64,000 bases of DNA from Desulfotomaculaceae bacterium (GTDB lineage Bacteria > Bacillota > Desulfotomaculia > Desulfotomaculales > Pelotomaculaceae). The number at the start of each line of letters is the position of its first letter. The first letter of the stretch is position 1. Shown in pieces: positions 55,996-64,000 of the stretch. The translations under genes were made by a program, and so were the position numbers. Below the pieces are notes generated by a model. The model had not been told where the DNA came from. It made no database searches and worked only from the letters and a program-made list of their open reading frames with translations. The DNA lies in the NCBI GenBank assembly GCA_028702695.1, contig JAQVOH010000002.1, positions 45,560-109,559 on the forward strand. The letters are read 5' to 3'.

Positions 55996-56024
55996 ATTAT
56001 ACTTTATTTTATTACCATTAACAA
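55996..56024 (-). promoter_or_regulatory. candidate sigma-A promoter of rnj
   Basis: Minus strand: TTGTTA, 17 nt, TATAAT. Implies a ~130-nt leader. Confidence 0.4.
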
Positions 56025-56216
56025 CAAAATTAAAACATAATGTTAAACCTTGGGCACTGGGTACTGCAGCAAGCCAATCTCACTCCCAGTAGACCAGAGT
56101 ATAATGTTCCCCAAAAACCAGTATATAATACATAAAAAGGAGCTGCATTTTTAGTAAGCGGCTCCTCCTGCTATGCGCTTAGATTAGCAAAGTTGAGTAT
56201 CAGCAATGGTTGGCGC

Positions 56217-57101
56217 TTAAAAAAGGTTATGATTTTCCAGCAGTTCTTTGATAGCTGCTTTTTCTGTCGAAGTTGCTTCTACTAAAGGCAGGCGGGTTGC
56301 TCCTATCTCCCAACCCTTTAAACTTAAGGCGGTTTTTACAGGGACCGGGTTGGTGGCTATAAATAAACCTTTAAAGAGGGGGAACAGTTCAAGGTGAATT
56401 TCGTTCGCCAGGGTGGTATTTCCGGATGTAAACGCATTAACCAGTTCCTGCAAACGGTCACCCACCAGGTGGGAAGCCACACTAATAACGCCTTTCCCGC
56501 CTAATGCCAACATTGGCAGGGTTAACGAGTCATCGCCGCAGTAAATGGCAAAATTGTCCGGCAATAACCTGCGTAATTCACTGACCTGATCCATACTGCC
56601 ACTGGCTTCCTTGATCGCAACGATATTGTTAATCTCAGCGAGTCTGGCTACCGTTGCAGGCAGTAGGTTTATAGCTGTTCTGCTCGGTATGTTATAGATC
56701 ATGACAGGAAGGTCGGTGTTCTCGGCCAAAGTCTTAAAGTGCTGATATATACCTTCCTGGGATGGTTTATTATAATAAGGGACTACCAGCATTACCCCGT
56801 CAACACCTACTTTTTCGGCTGCACGGGTTAAAACAATGCTATCTGCAGTTGAATTGCTGCCTGTTCCAGCCAGAACAACTCCCTTTCCTCCCACCTCTTC
56901 CACCACGGCCCGGTAGAGCTCTACCTTCTCGTCCTTAGTTAGCGTTGGTGACTCCCCCGTTGTTCCAGCTATGACCAGCCCGTCCGAACCGGAAGCAACC
57001 AGGTGCTGAGCTAACTTCCTGGCCTGGTTCAGATTGATGCTCAAGTCCTTATGGAAAGGCGTGACCATGGCGGTTAGTACCCGCCCAAAATCCACATTCA
57101 T
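56217..57101 (-). CDS. dapA: 4-hydroxy-tetrahydrodipicolinate synthase
   Basis: [12 protein letters not shown]...[14 protein letters not shown]...YNKP...YNIPSRT. Confidence 0.95.
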   Translation of the reverse strand: MNVDFGRVLTAMVTPFHKDLSINLNQARKLAQHLVASGSDGLVIAGTTGESPTLTKDEKVELYRAVVEEVGGKGVVLAGTGSNSTADSIVLTRAAEKVGVDGVMLVVPYYNKPSQEGIYQHFKTLAENTDLPVMIYNIPSRTAINLLPATVARLAEINNIVAIKEASGSMDQVSELRRLLPDNFAIYCGDDSLTLPMLALGGKGVISVASHLVGDRLQELVNAFTSGNTTLANEIHLELFPLFKGLFIATNPVPVKTALSLKGWEIGATRLPLVEATSTEKAAIKELLENHNLF

Positions 57102-57129
57102 ATCTGTTCACCTTCCTTGTTATTACTTG

Positions 57130-58350
57130 TTAATGCTGAAACTCACGGTGAAGCGCCCGAATGCCCTTCTCCATGTCTTCCTTTTTAACCAACACCCAAA
57201 TAGTTGTGTAAGAATCAGCGGACTGCAGGATCGTGATTTGTTCCCGGGCGAGCGCCTCAACTATTTTTGACATCACACCAGGTACGCCGGTCATTGCTGC
57301 GCCCACAGTTGCAATTTTGGCACAGTCCGGCAGCACTTGCGGGGAGATACCAATATTATCTAGAACCTGTACGGTTTTCGAAGCGTTTGTGTTTTTAACA
57401 GTAAATAAAATAATTTCAGGATGTACGTTGATAAAGTCTACGCTAATCCCGGCCAGCTCCATGCTCTTGAATATTTTCCTTTGAAAATCAATTTTATCTG
57501 TTACGCTATCGGCAAAAATTTTTATCTGGGTTATATCTGAAATATAAGTAATGCCGGTGACTGTTCGGTCCCTGGTAATATCAATCGAGCCCTGATGAAT
57601 TTCACCCTGGGCGGTCACAAGGGTACCTGGCCCGCCGCTGAAGGTCGATTTAATTCTCAAGGGGATTCCTTTCTGCATAATAATCTCTACTGCCCTGGGG
57701 TGGATTACCTTGGCCCCTTCATGAGCCAGTTGGCAGATTTCATTATAGGTAACAGCTTCCAGTGGGAGCGCATCTTCTACAATCCTTGGGTCCGCCGTCA
57801 TAATCCCTTCGACATCAGTATAAATATCAACCCAGACAGCATCAAGTGCCACACCTAGGGCGGCCGCCGTGGTATCACTTCCACCTCGGCCAAGGGTCGT
57901 GATCTCCCCCTGCTTAGTAACCCCCTGAAAACCTGCTACAACTACGATCTTTCCAGCAGACGCGTGTTTGATTATATGTTCAGGGTCAATCCTTAATATC
58001 CTTGCTTCATTGTAGTTGCAGTCGGTAATAATACCCGCCTGTGACCCGGTAAGAAATACAGCAGGAAAACCTGCCTTTTGGATGGTCGTCGCCATAATTA
58101 CACCGGAAATGATTTCGCCACATGACATCAGGAGATCGCTTTCACGGGGGGTAAGCTCTGTATTGCTGCTACAGGCAAAGGAGAGCAGGGTATCGGTAGC
58201 GTAAGGGTCACCCAAGCGCCCAATGGCAGATACCACCACAACTGGGGCATAGCCCTCCTGTTTAGCTTGTACCACCCTGGATACAGCTATATCGCGTTTA
58301 TCCTGACTCACCAGGGAGGTGCCACCAAACTTCTGGACGATAAATTTCAT
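57130..58350 (-). CDS. dapG: aspartate kinase (DapG-like, two ACT domains)
   Basis: MKFIVQKFGGTSL...VVVVSA...GRGGSDTTAAALG. Confidence 0.9.
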   Translation of the reverse strand: MKFIVQKFGGTSLVSQDKRDIAVSRVVQAKQEGYAPVVVVSAIGRLGDPYATDTLLSFACSSNTELTPRESDLLMSCGEIISGVIMATTIQKAGFPAVFLTGSQAGIITDCNYNEARILRIDPEHIIKHASAGKIVVVAGFQGVTKQGEITTLGRGGSDTTAAALGVALDAVWVDIYTDVEGIMTADPRIVEDALPLEAVTYNEICQLAHEGAKVIHPRAVEIIMQKGIPLRIKSTFSGGPGTLVTAQGEIHQGSIDITRDRTVTGITYISDITQIKIFADSVTDKIDFQRKIFKSMELAGISVDFINVHPEIILFTVKNTNASKTVQVLDNIGISPQVLPDCAKIATVGAAMTGVPGVMSKIVEALAREQITILQSADSYTTIWVLVKKEDMEKGIRALHREFQH

Positions 58351-58459
58351 TAAACAATCTCCTTCTCGACCTTCAGCCAGGATAGCGCCCCCCCCACAAC
58401 TTAAAGATTGGCACCATAACGCTGATGTGGGCTTACGTAGAGAATGGATAATTAAGGTG

Positions 58460-59479
58460 TTAATTATCCATCAAGCATCCGTATTCGACAAGCAGCTCTG
58501 CAATCTGGACAGCATTCGTAGCAGCCCCTTTACGGATTTGATCCGCTACGACCCATATGTTTAAGCCGTTAGGAATTGAATTATCCTCCCTTATGCGGCC
58601 GATAAAAACTTCATCCCGGTTGGAAGCAAACAAGGGCATAGGGTAAAGTTTGTTGTCGGGGTCGTCAATAACTACAATACCCGGAAAACTTTCAAATAAC
58701 CGCTTTGCCTCCTGAGCCGTTATTTTACGGTGAGTCTCAATATTCACGGCTTCCGCATGGCTGCGATAAACCGGCACCCGTACAGTTGTGGCCGTAATAG
58801 CAATAGCGTCATCGTGCAAGATTTTCTGGGTTTCTTTGATCATTTTCCATTCTTCCTTGGTGTAATCCATATCCATGAAAACGTCTATGTGAGGAATTAA
58901 ATTAAAGGCTATAGGATAAGAAAAAACTTTTGGGTTTATTTTACCCTGATCAAGTACAGCCCTGGTTTGTCCCGTCAGTTCCTCAATGCCCTCGCGACCC
59001 GCCCCAGACACTGCCTGGTATGTTGCTACCACCACCCTCTTGATTTTGGCCGCGTCATGTATTGGTTTCAATGCAACCACCATCTGGATGGTGGAACAGT
59101 TTGGGTTAGCAATAATACCCTGATGCCATTTCACATCTTCGGGGTTAACTTCCGGTACGATCAGCGGAACAGCCGGGTCCATTCTGTAATTGCTGCTGTT
59201 GTCGATAACGACTGCACCCCGCTCAACAGCGGCAGGTCCAAATTCCTTGCTTGCAACGCCTCCTGCGAAGAGGGCAATATCCATCCCGTTAAAGGAGTCA
59301 GGCGTAGTGATTTCGACCGTATATGATTGGTCTTTGAACATCATAATTTTTCCCGCGGAGCGTGAGGTCGCGCAAAGCTTTAAGTCCCCGACCGGGAAAT
59401 TTCTTTCATCAAGTATTTTAAGCAATTCCTGGCCCACCGCTCCTGATGCCCCAACGATAACTACATTGTACTTCTTCAA
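58460..59479 (-). CDS. asd: aspartate-semialdehyde dehydrogenase
   Basis: VVIVGASGAVGQE...IANPNCSTI...TYQAVSGAG. Confidence 0.95.
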   Translation of the reverse strand: MKKYNVVIVGASGAVGQELLKILDERNFPVGDLKLCATSRSAGKIMMFKDQSYTVEITTPDSFNGMDIALFAGGVASKEFGPAAVERGAVVIDNSSNYRMDPAVPLIVPEVNPEDVKWHQGIIANPNCSTIQMVVALKPIHDAAKIKRVVVATYQAVSGAGREGIEELTGQTRAVLDQGKINPKVFSYPIAFNLIPHIDVFMDMDYTKEEWKMIKETQKILHDDAIAITATTVRVPVYRSHAEAVNIETHRKITAQEAKRLFESFPGIVVIDDPDNKLYPMPLFASNRDEVFIGRIREDNSIPNGLNIWVVADQIRKGAATNAVQIAELLVEYGCLMDN

Positions 59480-59594
59480 ATATTACCCCTCCACATACAG
59501 TTTAAATAGATATATTTCAATAAGAAGTGCCGGGTTGCGGTCAGGCATCACACCGGTTTAAGTCTTGTTGGTTGTAATTTTAATACCGCTTGAG

Positions 59595-60185
59595 CTAAGG
59601 ATGGTATCCTAACAATACTGGTTGGTACTGTCTGCCTCTCATAGCCTCGAGGAGTGTCTCAGTTATCAGGTCCCATTTGGCCATAAGTGAATTTGGTTTG
59701 CTGGTTGGATTGTCTTGCCCAAAGGGGACCATGTAAAGGTTCCTTACGTTCAGTAAGAGCCCAAGGTTCTTGGCGTTCATACTGAGACCATCGTTAGTGG
59801 ATATGCCCAGAACAACTGGCCTCTGGTTTCTCAGTTGGGCTTTGATTGATAATAAAACCGACCCATCTGTAATTCCATTTGCCAGCTTGGCCAGCGTATT
59901 GCCGGTACAGGGTGCTACAAGCAAAATATCGAGAAGTTTCTGTGTACCTATAGGCTCAATTTCCACCATGCTCGTTCTAGCATCCCTGCCGGTTATATCT
60001 TTGATCTCTTTCTTCCACTTTATACTGGCGCCGAATTTGGTATCGGTAGTATCAACAGTTTGGCTAATAATTGGAAATATTTCAGCACCCTCACTAACCA
60101 GAATGCGCAACTGCGGTATTACATCAGCAAGACAGCAGTGAGAACCCGTTAGGGCAAATCCCACTTTAACCCCTTTTAAACGCAT
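59595..60185 (-). CDS. spoVFB: dipicolinate synthase subunit B
   Basis: MRLKGVKVGFALTGSHCCL... flavoprotein fold. ATG 60185 follows GGAGGTG. Confidence 0.9.
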   Translation of the reverse strand: MRLKGVKVGFALTGSHCCLADVIPQLRILVSEGAEIFPIISQTVDTTDTKFGASIKWKKEIKDITGRDARTSMVEIEPIGTQKLLDILLVAPCTGNTLAKLANGITDGSVLLSIKAQLRNQRPVVLGISTNDGLSMNAKNLGLLLNVRNLYMVPFGQDNPTSKPNSLMAKWDLITETLLEAMRGRQYQPVLLGYHP

Positions 60186-60212
60186 TTTAAGCACCTCCGA
60201 AACCGAAACCAA

Positions 60213-61103
60213 TTACCTGCCGGCCATCTCCTCCGCCAGAAACCCGAGGATGGTTCTGGCAAGTATACGGCCTGCTGTCTTGGGCGCTACGCGACCGGGC
60301 AACCCCGGCGCCAGGACTGCTTTAATCCCGAGTTTGTGCGCCGACTGGAAATCTGTCCCTCCTGGAGCTGATGCAAGATCTATGATAACGGCCTCAGGTG
60401 ATACCTTTTCAAGCATTTCACCCGTTAGTACCATAGACGGGACAGTATTGAAAATTACATCCGCTTCTCTCAGGGATTGTGACAGTTGGTCAAACGGTAA
60501 TGGGGTAAGGTTCATTTCAGCAATACGTGCCAGGGGTTCTTTCCTTCTTGCCGCCACCCTTGTTTTTGCCCCCATCGCACCGAGCAGGCGCGCCAGCGTG
60601 TTGCCGGTTCTACCGAAACCAAGGACGTAAGCTGTGCAGCCGTGGATAGTAATGGGCAGCATCTCCATAGCCATTTGGATAGCTCCCTCAGCGGAAGGGA
60701 TGGAGTTGTAAATTGCAACCTCATCAATTTTCATCAGTTCTATGAGGCGCAATTCTTTCTGTTCCATTAACCTTACCAGCTTCTGTCCGGCCACCCCGAC
60801 AAAAACCGGGATGTTGGAGGGCATAATTGAAATCAGTTGCTCTGTCAGGGCTATTGGTTGCTCCGCCAAAGGGGCGTATATAAACCCATCCTTGTTGATA
60901 CCGGGGACCGGTAAGAGCAGAGCGTTAATCCCAAGCAGACACTCTCCCAGCTCCTGGAAGGTGGCAACACCCGGTCTCACCTTAACTGGCAGGCCGACAA
61001 CATTTACCAGTGCCCCGGAAGCAGCCAGCTCTTCCACAATAAGCAGATCTCTGGCATCGCCGCCCATAACAGCAACTTTTATTCCCTCGAGATTTGGCCG
61101 CAT
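60213..61103 (-). CDS. spoVFA: dipicolinate synthase subunit A
   Basis: VAVMGGDARD...VLGFGRTG..LAR.L...GA.. Rossmann fold. Position directly upstream of spoVFB. Confidence 0.9.
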   Translation of the reverse strand: MRPNLEGIKVAVMGGDARDLLIVEELAASGALVNVVGLPVKVRPGVATFQELGECLLGINALLLPVPGINKDGFIYAPLAEQPIALTEQLISIMPSNIPVFVGVAGQKLVRLMEQKELRLIELMKIDEVAIYNSIPSAEGAIQMAMEMLPITIHGCTAYVLGFGRTGNTLARLLGAMGAKTRVAARRKEPLARIAEMNLTPLPFDQLSQSLREADVIFNTVPSMVLTGEMLEKVSPEAVIIDLASAPGGTDFQSAHKLGIKAVLAPGLPGRVAPKTAGRILARTILGFLAEEMAGR

Positions 61104-61191
61104 GTTTAGTACCCCCTAAGCACGTTTACCCTAAAATACATTACAGTATATGTTTTTCGGTAAACGGAGGTGCTTGTCATGTATTTAGTTG

Positions 61192-61995
61192 TTATTCAAA
61201 GAGCAACCGCTCTAATCCATAAACCACCCTTTCAAGACGCATTGCCTTGCGGATACCCAGCAATACACCGGGCATAAAGGATTCCCGATTTATTGAATCA
61301 TGCCTGATGGTCAGAGTCTCACCGAGTCCTCCGAAGATTACTTCCTGGTGTGCTACCAACCCTGGAAGCCTTACGCTATGGATGCGGATTCCCCCCGCAA
61401 ATTCTCCGCCCCTCGCCCCGGGCAATTTTTCAACCTCAGTTGCTAAGCCCTGGTGAAATTCGTCGCCCCTTTGTTCAATGATGCCTTCGGCCGTCTTAAT
61501 GGCCGTACCCGAAGGCGCATCCAGTTTCTGATCATGGTGCAGTTCAATAATTTCAACATGGGGCATATAACGGGATGCTTCTGCCGCAAACTTCATCATT
61601 AACAGAGCTCCGATAGCAACGTTGGGTGCTATTAATCCACCTACTCCCAACTTCTCCGAGTATTCAACAATATCATTAATCTGTTGTGGACTTAAGCCCG
61701 TCGTACCAATAACCGGGCGAACCCGGTGCTTGAGGTAAAGCATCGCATTATTGTAAACAGAATGTGGACCGGTAAAGTCCACTGCTACGTCAGGGCGGAC
61801 CCGGGTAAGTACTTCTTCAAGATTTTTTTCAATGATTACTCCCGTATTGCCTGCTTCAGCCAGTGAACCTACGTCCGTACCCTCGCCAAAAGCGTCGACT
61901 GCTCCGACGAGTTCTATATCTTCAGCTCGCAGGACCGATTTTACCACCTCACGGCCCATCTTACCATAAGCCCCGGTGACGATAACTTTAATCAT
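61192..61995 (-). CDS. dapB: 4-hydroxy-tetrahydrodipicolinate reductase
   Basis: MIKVIVTGAYGKMG...IELHH..K.DAPSGTA. Confidence 0.95.
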   Translation of the reverse strand: MIKVIVTGAYGKMGREVVKSVLRAEDIELVGAVDAFGEGTDVGSLAEAGNTGVIIEKNLEEVLTRVRPDVAVDFTGPHSVYNNAMLYLKHRVRPVIGTTGLSPQQINDIVEYSEKLGVGGLIAPNVAIGALLMMKFAAEASRYMPHVEIIELHHDQKLDAPSGTAIKTAEGIIEQRGDEFHQGLATEVEKLPGARGGEFAGGIRIHSVRLPGLVAHQEVIFGGLGETLTIRHDSINRESFMPGVLLGIRKAMRLERVVYGLERLLFE

Positions 61996-62209
61996 AGTAC
62001 GCCTCCTTTAAACACTAATCCCGAAAGAAGAAACCTCTTGAACTTTTAAAGTTAATTTTCTTATATATAATTGTTTATGTCAATATTAATTCAGTACTTG
62101 AAAACAAAATAGCCCTGTGTAGAAACAGTCAGGACGGTGTTGTTTATTTATGAGATTAAAATAGTTTAAATGATTAAGGTCAGTAAATTGGTAGTGGGAG
62201 GATAAGAAT

Positions 62210-62416
62210 TTATATCTTATCCAGGTCTACCCTGGCGCTTCCCGCAATTTTTTCAGGTATAACAAAGCTGGTTTGCTTTAACGCAGGAATATTGGAAAAA
62301 TCGAAATCAGCCAGCGGGTAACCTGACCCACCTGTCAAAAGATAATACTTTGTGGTATCCGTAAGATAGCTAAAATGCAATTTTTCGTTTTTCAAGACGG
62401 TCCTGTTTTCTTCCAT
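62210..62416 (-). CDS. hypothetical 68-aa protein downstream of the SDH-family protease
   Basis: ATG 10 nt after AAGGGAG and 15 nt after the protease stop. No family recognised. Confidence 0.45.
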   Translation of the reverse strand: MEENRTVLKNEKLHFSYLTDTTKYYLLTGGSGYPLADFDFSNIPALKQTSFVIPEKIAGSARVDLDKI

Positions 62417-62431
62417 GCCAGCTTAGCTCCC

Positions 62432-63418
62432 TTATGATATTGTCTTCCACCCCTGTTTGAGTATGCTAACGTTTACTTGACCGGCCTCAGGAAAGTCACG
62501 CTTTTCAACGACACCAGAAAAAACAAAAGCATCTGCGCCCTTCATCGACTCAACGTATCCGCTAACCACTTCAAAATCAGTTTTAGCCCCCATAAGCTTG
62601 GCTGATGGATTAAAGGGTTCGGACAAAGCCAGTTCTTCGGCGTAGTCCTGGTAAAGTGACCACATAAGTGGTTCAAAGCTTGTGTCCGGTATTGATACAG
62701 CCAGGTTAAGCTCGTCCGTAGCTTCCCGCCGGGAAATCATGTGGTTATGCGCATATAGTTTTTCGGTGAGGTTGTCCACGATGTGTTCAATGCGTCCTTC
62801 TTTCAAAGGCAACTGGTGCAACGCAAGCATTTTTTTAGCCAGCGACCTGATCAACAGGTAATTTCGGTGCACATTTCCCAAAGCTAGCGGATGAATACGC
62901 TCTGCCAACAGGGTAAATGCCTTTACCTGCTGGTCGGTACTGCATACGCCGGCTTTTTCACCGGCCAGAGCAAGGTATGAATAGACATCTTCGATATTAA
63001 CAGGAATTTTAGCGGCAGGGTTATTGGGATCCTGTGGGTTAAAGGCATTTACGACGCTGGGATCAATAGGCCCAAGTTCGCTCATCTTACCCATAACTAT
63101 TTCATCCGCCCCCAGGCACAAGAGAGTGCCGGCGCTATAACAACGGAATGGCACCAGTACAGTAAAACGATTGGTATACTCTCTGATTAGATGAGCCAGC
63201 CGCCACGGTGTTAGGACGTCCCCCCCCCTTGTATACAGGAACAGGTCTAATTGTTTACATTCACCAAACATTTCCAGATGTCTATAGAAAACTTGGGTTA
63301 CGTCCGGGGCTATCCTGGTGTTGACGTTTTCGCGATCACCAGTGATATAGCAAAGAAGTTTAGAGCCTCTAATTTCAGATATTTTCTTGATTAACTCAAC
63401 TCTTTGTTCACGGGCCAT
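62432..63418 (-). CDS. SDH-family (serine dehydrogenase proteinase) ClpP-fold serine protease
   Basis: 328 aa: LLCYITGDRE...LDLFLYTRGGDVLTPWRLAHLIRE...VPFRCYSAGTLLCLGADEIVMG..SELGPIDP. RBS GGAGG. Confidence 0.75.
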   Translation of the reverse strand: MAREQRVELIKKISEIRGSKLLCYITGDRENVNTRIAPDVTQVFYRHLEMFGECKQLDLFLYTRGGDVLTPWRLAHLIREYTNRFTVLVPFRCYSAGTLLCLGADEIVMGKMSELGPIDPSVVNAFNPQDPNNPAAKIPVNIEDVYSYLALAGEKAGVCSTDQQVKAFTLLAERIHPLALGNVHRNYLLIRSLAKKMLALHQLPLKEGRIEHIVDNLTEKLYAHNHMISRREATDELNLAVSIPDTSFEPLMWSLYQDYAEELALSEPFNPSAKLMGAKTDFEVVSGYVESMKGADAFVFSGVVEKRDFPEAGQVNVSILKQGWKTIS

Positions 63419-63586
63419 TTTACGCCTCCGGCTTTTTTCTCAACACATTTATTATGCCAGTTCCAGCTTGGATTAATAACAACAGATTATTAAAGTTTAA
63501 GCTAAAACATGAACAAAATAATCCATGTCCGGCAGGAGTATTAGGCTGATATACACGCTTTTAAAAAGACCCGACTTACAGGCATT

Positions 63587-63711
63587 GGGTTATCCGGAGC
63601 GAACGGAGCACCTGGGTGCGTTCCTTAGCGCGTTCAGGCATCCAGTAAAGCTTAAATGCGCGTAGCTACCGGTTGGCAATACGGTAGCTATAAGAGAGCG
63701 CAGGATAACCC
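63587..63711. other. 125-nt multi-stem element (candidate structured RNA in the protease leader / ylmC 3' region)
   Basis: Closing stem GGGTTATCC/GGATAACCC encloses hairpin TAGCTACCG-loop-CGGTAGCTA (extended by TGCGC/GCGCA) and hairpin GCACC..GGTGC (extended by GAAC/GTTC). The strand cannot be decided from the pairing. Confidence 0.3.
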
Positions 63712-63740
63712 AGGCCCCCTACCCAGATGTTTTATGAATT

Positions 63741-64000
63741 TCAAAAGTTTGAGCTGTATCTTTGGTAACTTGGACTTGTCTGCTCCAGATCAACAATTAT
63801 TACCTCCGCTCCAACCTTTCTGATCGCCTCCCAGGGTATAACCAGGTGCTGTCTATCAATCCACATATTGAGCAGGTTGTTTTTCTTGGGAAGAATAATT
63901 GAACGAATTTCCCCCGATTCGGTGTCCAGGATCAGGTCAGACTCTCCCACCACGCCAAGGCGAGATCCGTTATATAAGTTTACAATTTCCTTACCGGCAA
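63741..64000 (-). CDS. ymxH: YlmC/YmxH-family (PRC-barrel) sporulation protein, C-terminal part (the start lies beyond the window end)
   Basis: My translation extends the listed ORF to the window edge: AGKEIVNLYNGSRLGVVGESDLILDTESGEIRSIILPKK...VIPWEAIRKVGAEVIIVD. Confidence 0.8.
   Translation of the reverse strand, partial: AGKEIVNLYNGSRLGVVGESDLILDTESGEIRSIILPKKNNLLNMWIDRQHLVIPWEAIRKVGAEVIIVDLEQTSPSYQRYSSNF

Noticed and set aside
57102-58459. Search for a lysine (L-box) riboswitch in front of dapA, the aspartokinase gene, asd or dapB.
   Set aside because: The intergenic spacers are only 28-110 nt and lack the L-box core. Regulation must lie elsewhere.
63587-63711. The multi-stem element as a MITE.
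   Set aside because: Only 9 bp of perfect terminal inverted repeat, no target-site duplication, and no second copy seen in the window.
1-64000. Scan by eye for tRNA, rRNA, CRISPR arrays, intact IS elements, prophage genes or known defence-system genes.
   Set aside because: None were recognised. The window is mostly conserved chromosomal backbone. A small structured RNA could still have been missed without covariance-model searches.

Overview
A 64-kb chromosomal window from an endospore-forming Firmicute. Gene content and about 47% GC suggest a Clostridia/Peptococcaceae-like anaerobe, but that is inference only. From about 14.5 kb onward almost every gene is on the minus strand. The backbone is conserved housekeeping and sporulation DNA. 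Two stretches follow the Bacillus subtilis gene order as I remember it: ymxH-spoVFA-spoVFB-asd-dapG-dapA-rnj-tepA-ylzJ-ftsK/spoIIIE (64 to 49.6 kb) and cinA-recA-(recX)-rny-ymdB-spoVS (40.4 to 32.5 kb). Other recognisable content: miaB (partial), rimO, glgA with an overlapping GalT-family gene, minC, two NUDIX genes (one decayed), and a late cobalamin operon cobU-cobQ-cbiB-cobS-cobD-cobC behind a cobalamin riboswitch. Also present: yajQ, yloV/degV, rodZ, selU, uppP, and a c-di-AMP (ydaO-class) riboswitch in front of a secreted CAP/YkwD-like protein. I found no rRNA, tRNA, CRISPR array, integrase, intact transposase or recognisable phage-defence gene. I cannot point to a clear-cut new system. 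The parts not explained by ordinary annotation are listed here. (1) A diverged ~100-nt repeat with two hairpins occurs twice; one copy ends a 635-nt ORF-poor unit closed by tandem terminators. (2) A three-gene HgdC-type activase plus two HgdAB/DUF2229-like subunits has no assignable substrate and sits next to a decayed cobO. (3) A 16-21 kb block holds two CAP-domain paralogs, a 10%-cysteine protein with a degenerate HMA-like partner, and a triple HARE-HTH-like coiled-coil protein. (4) Lineage-specific insertions interrupt the conserved syntenic blocks: a 200-aa gene coupled to ymdB; a short FtsH paralog plus membrane protein next to an N-terminally truncated cinA; an SDH-family ClpP-fold protease plus a 68-aa ORF preceded by a structured 125-nt element. 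All functional calls come from reading the translated ORFs and motifs from memory; no database search was run.
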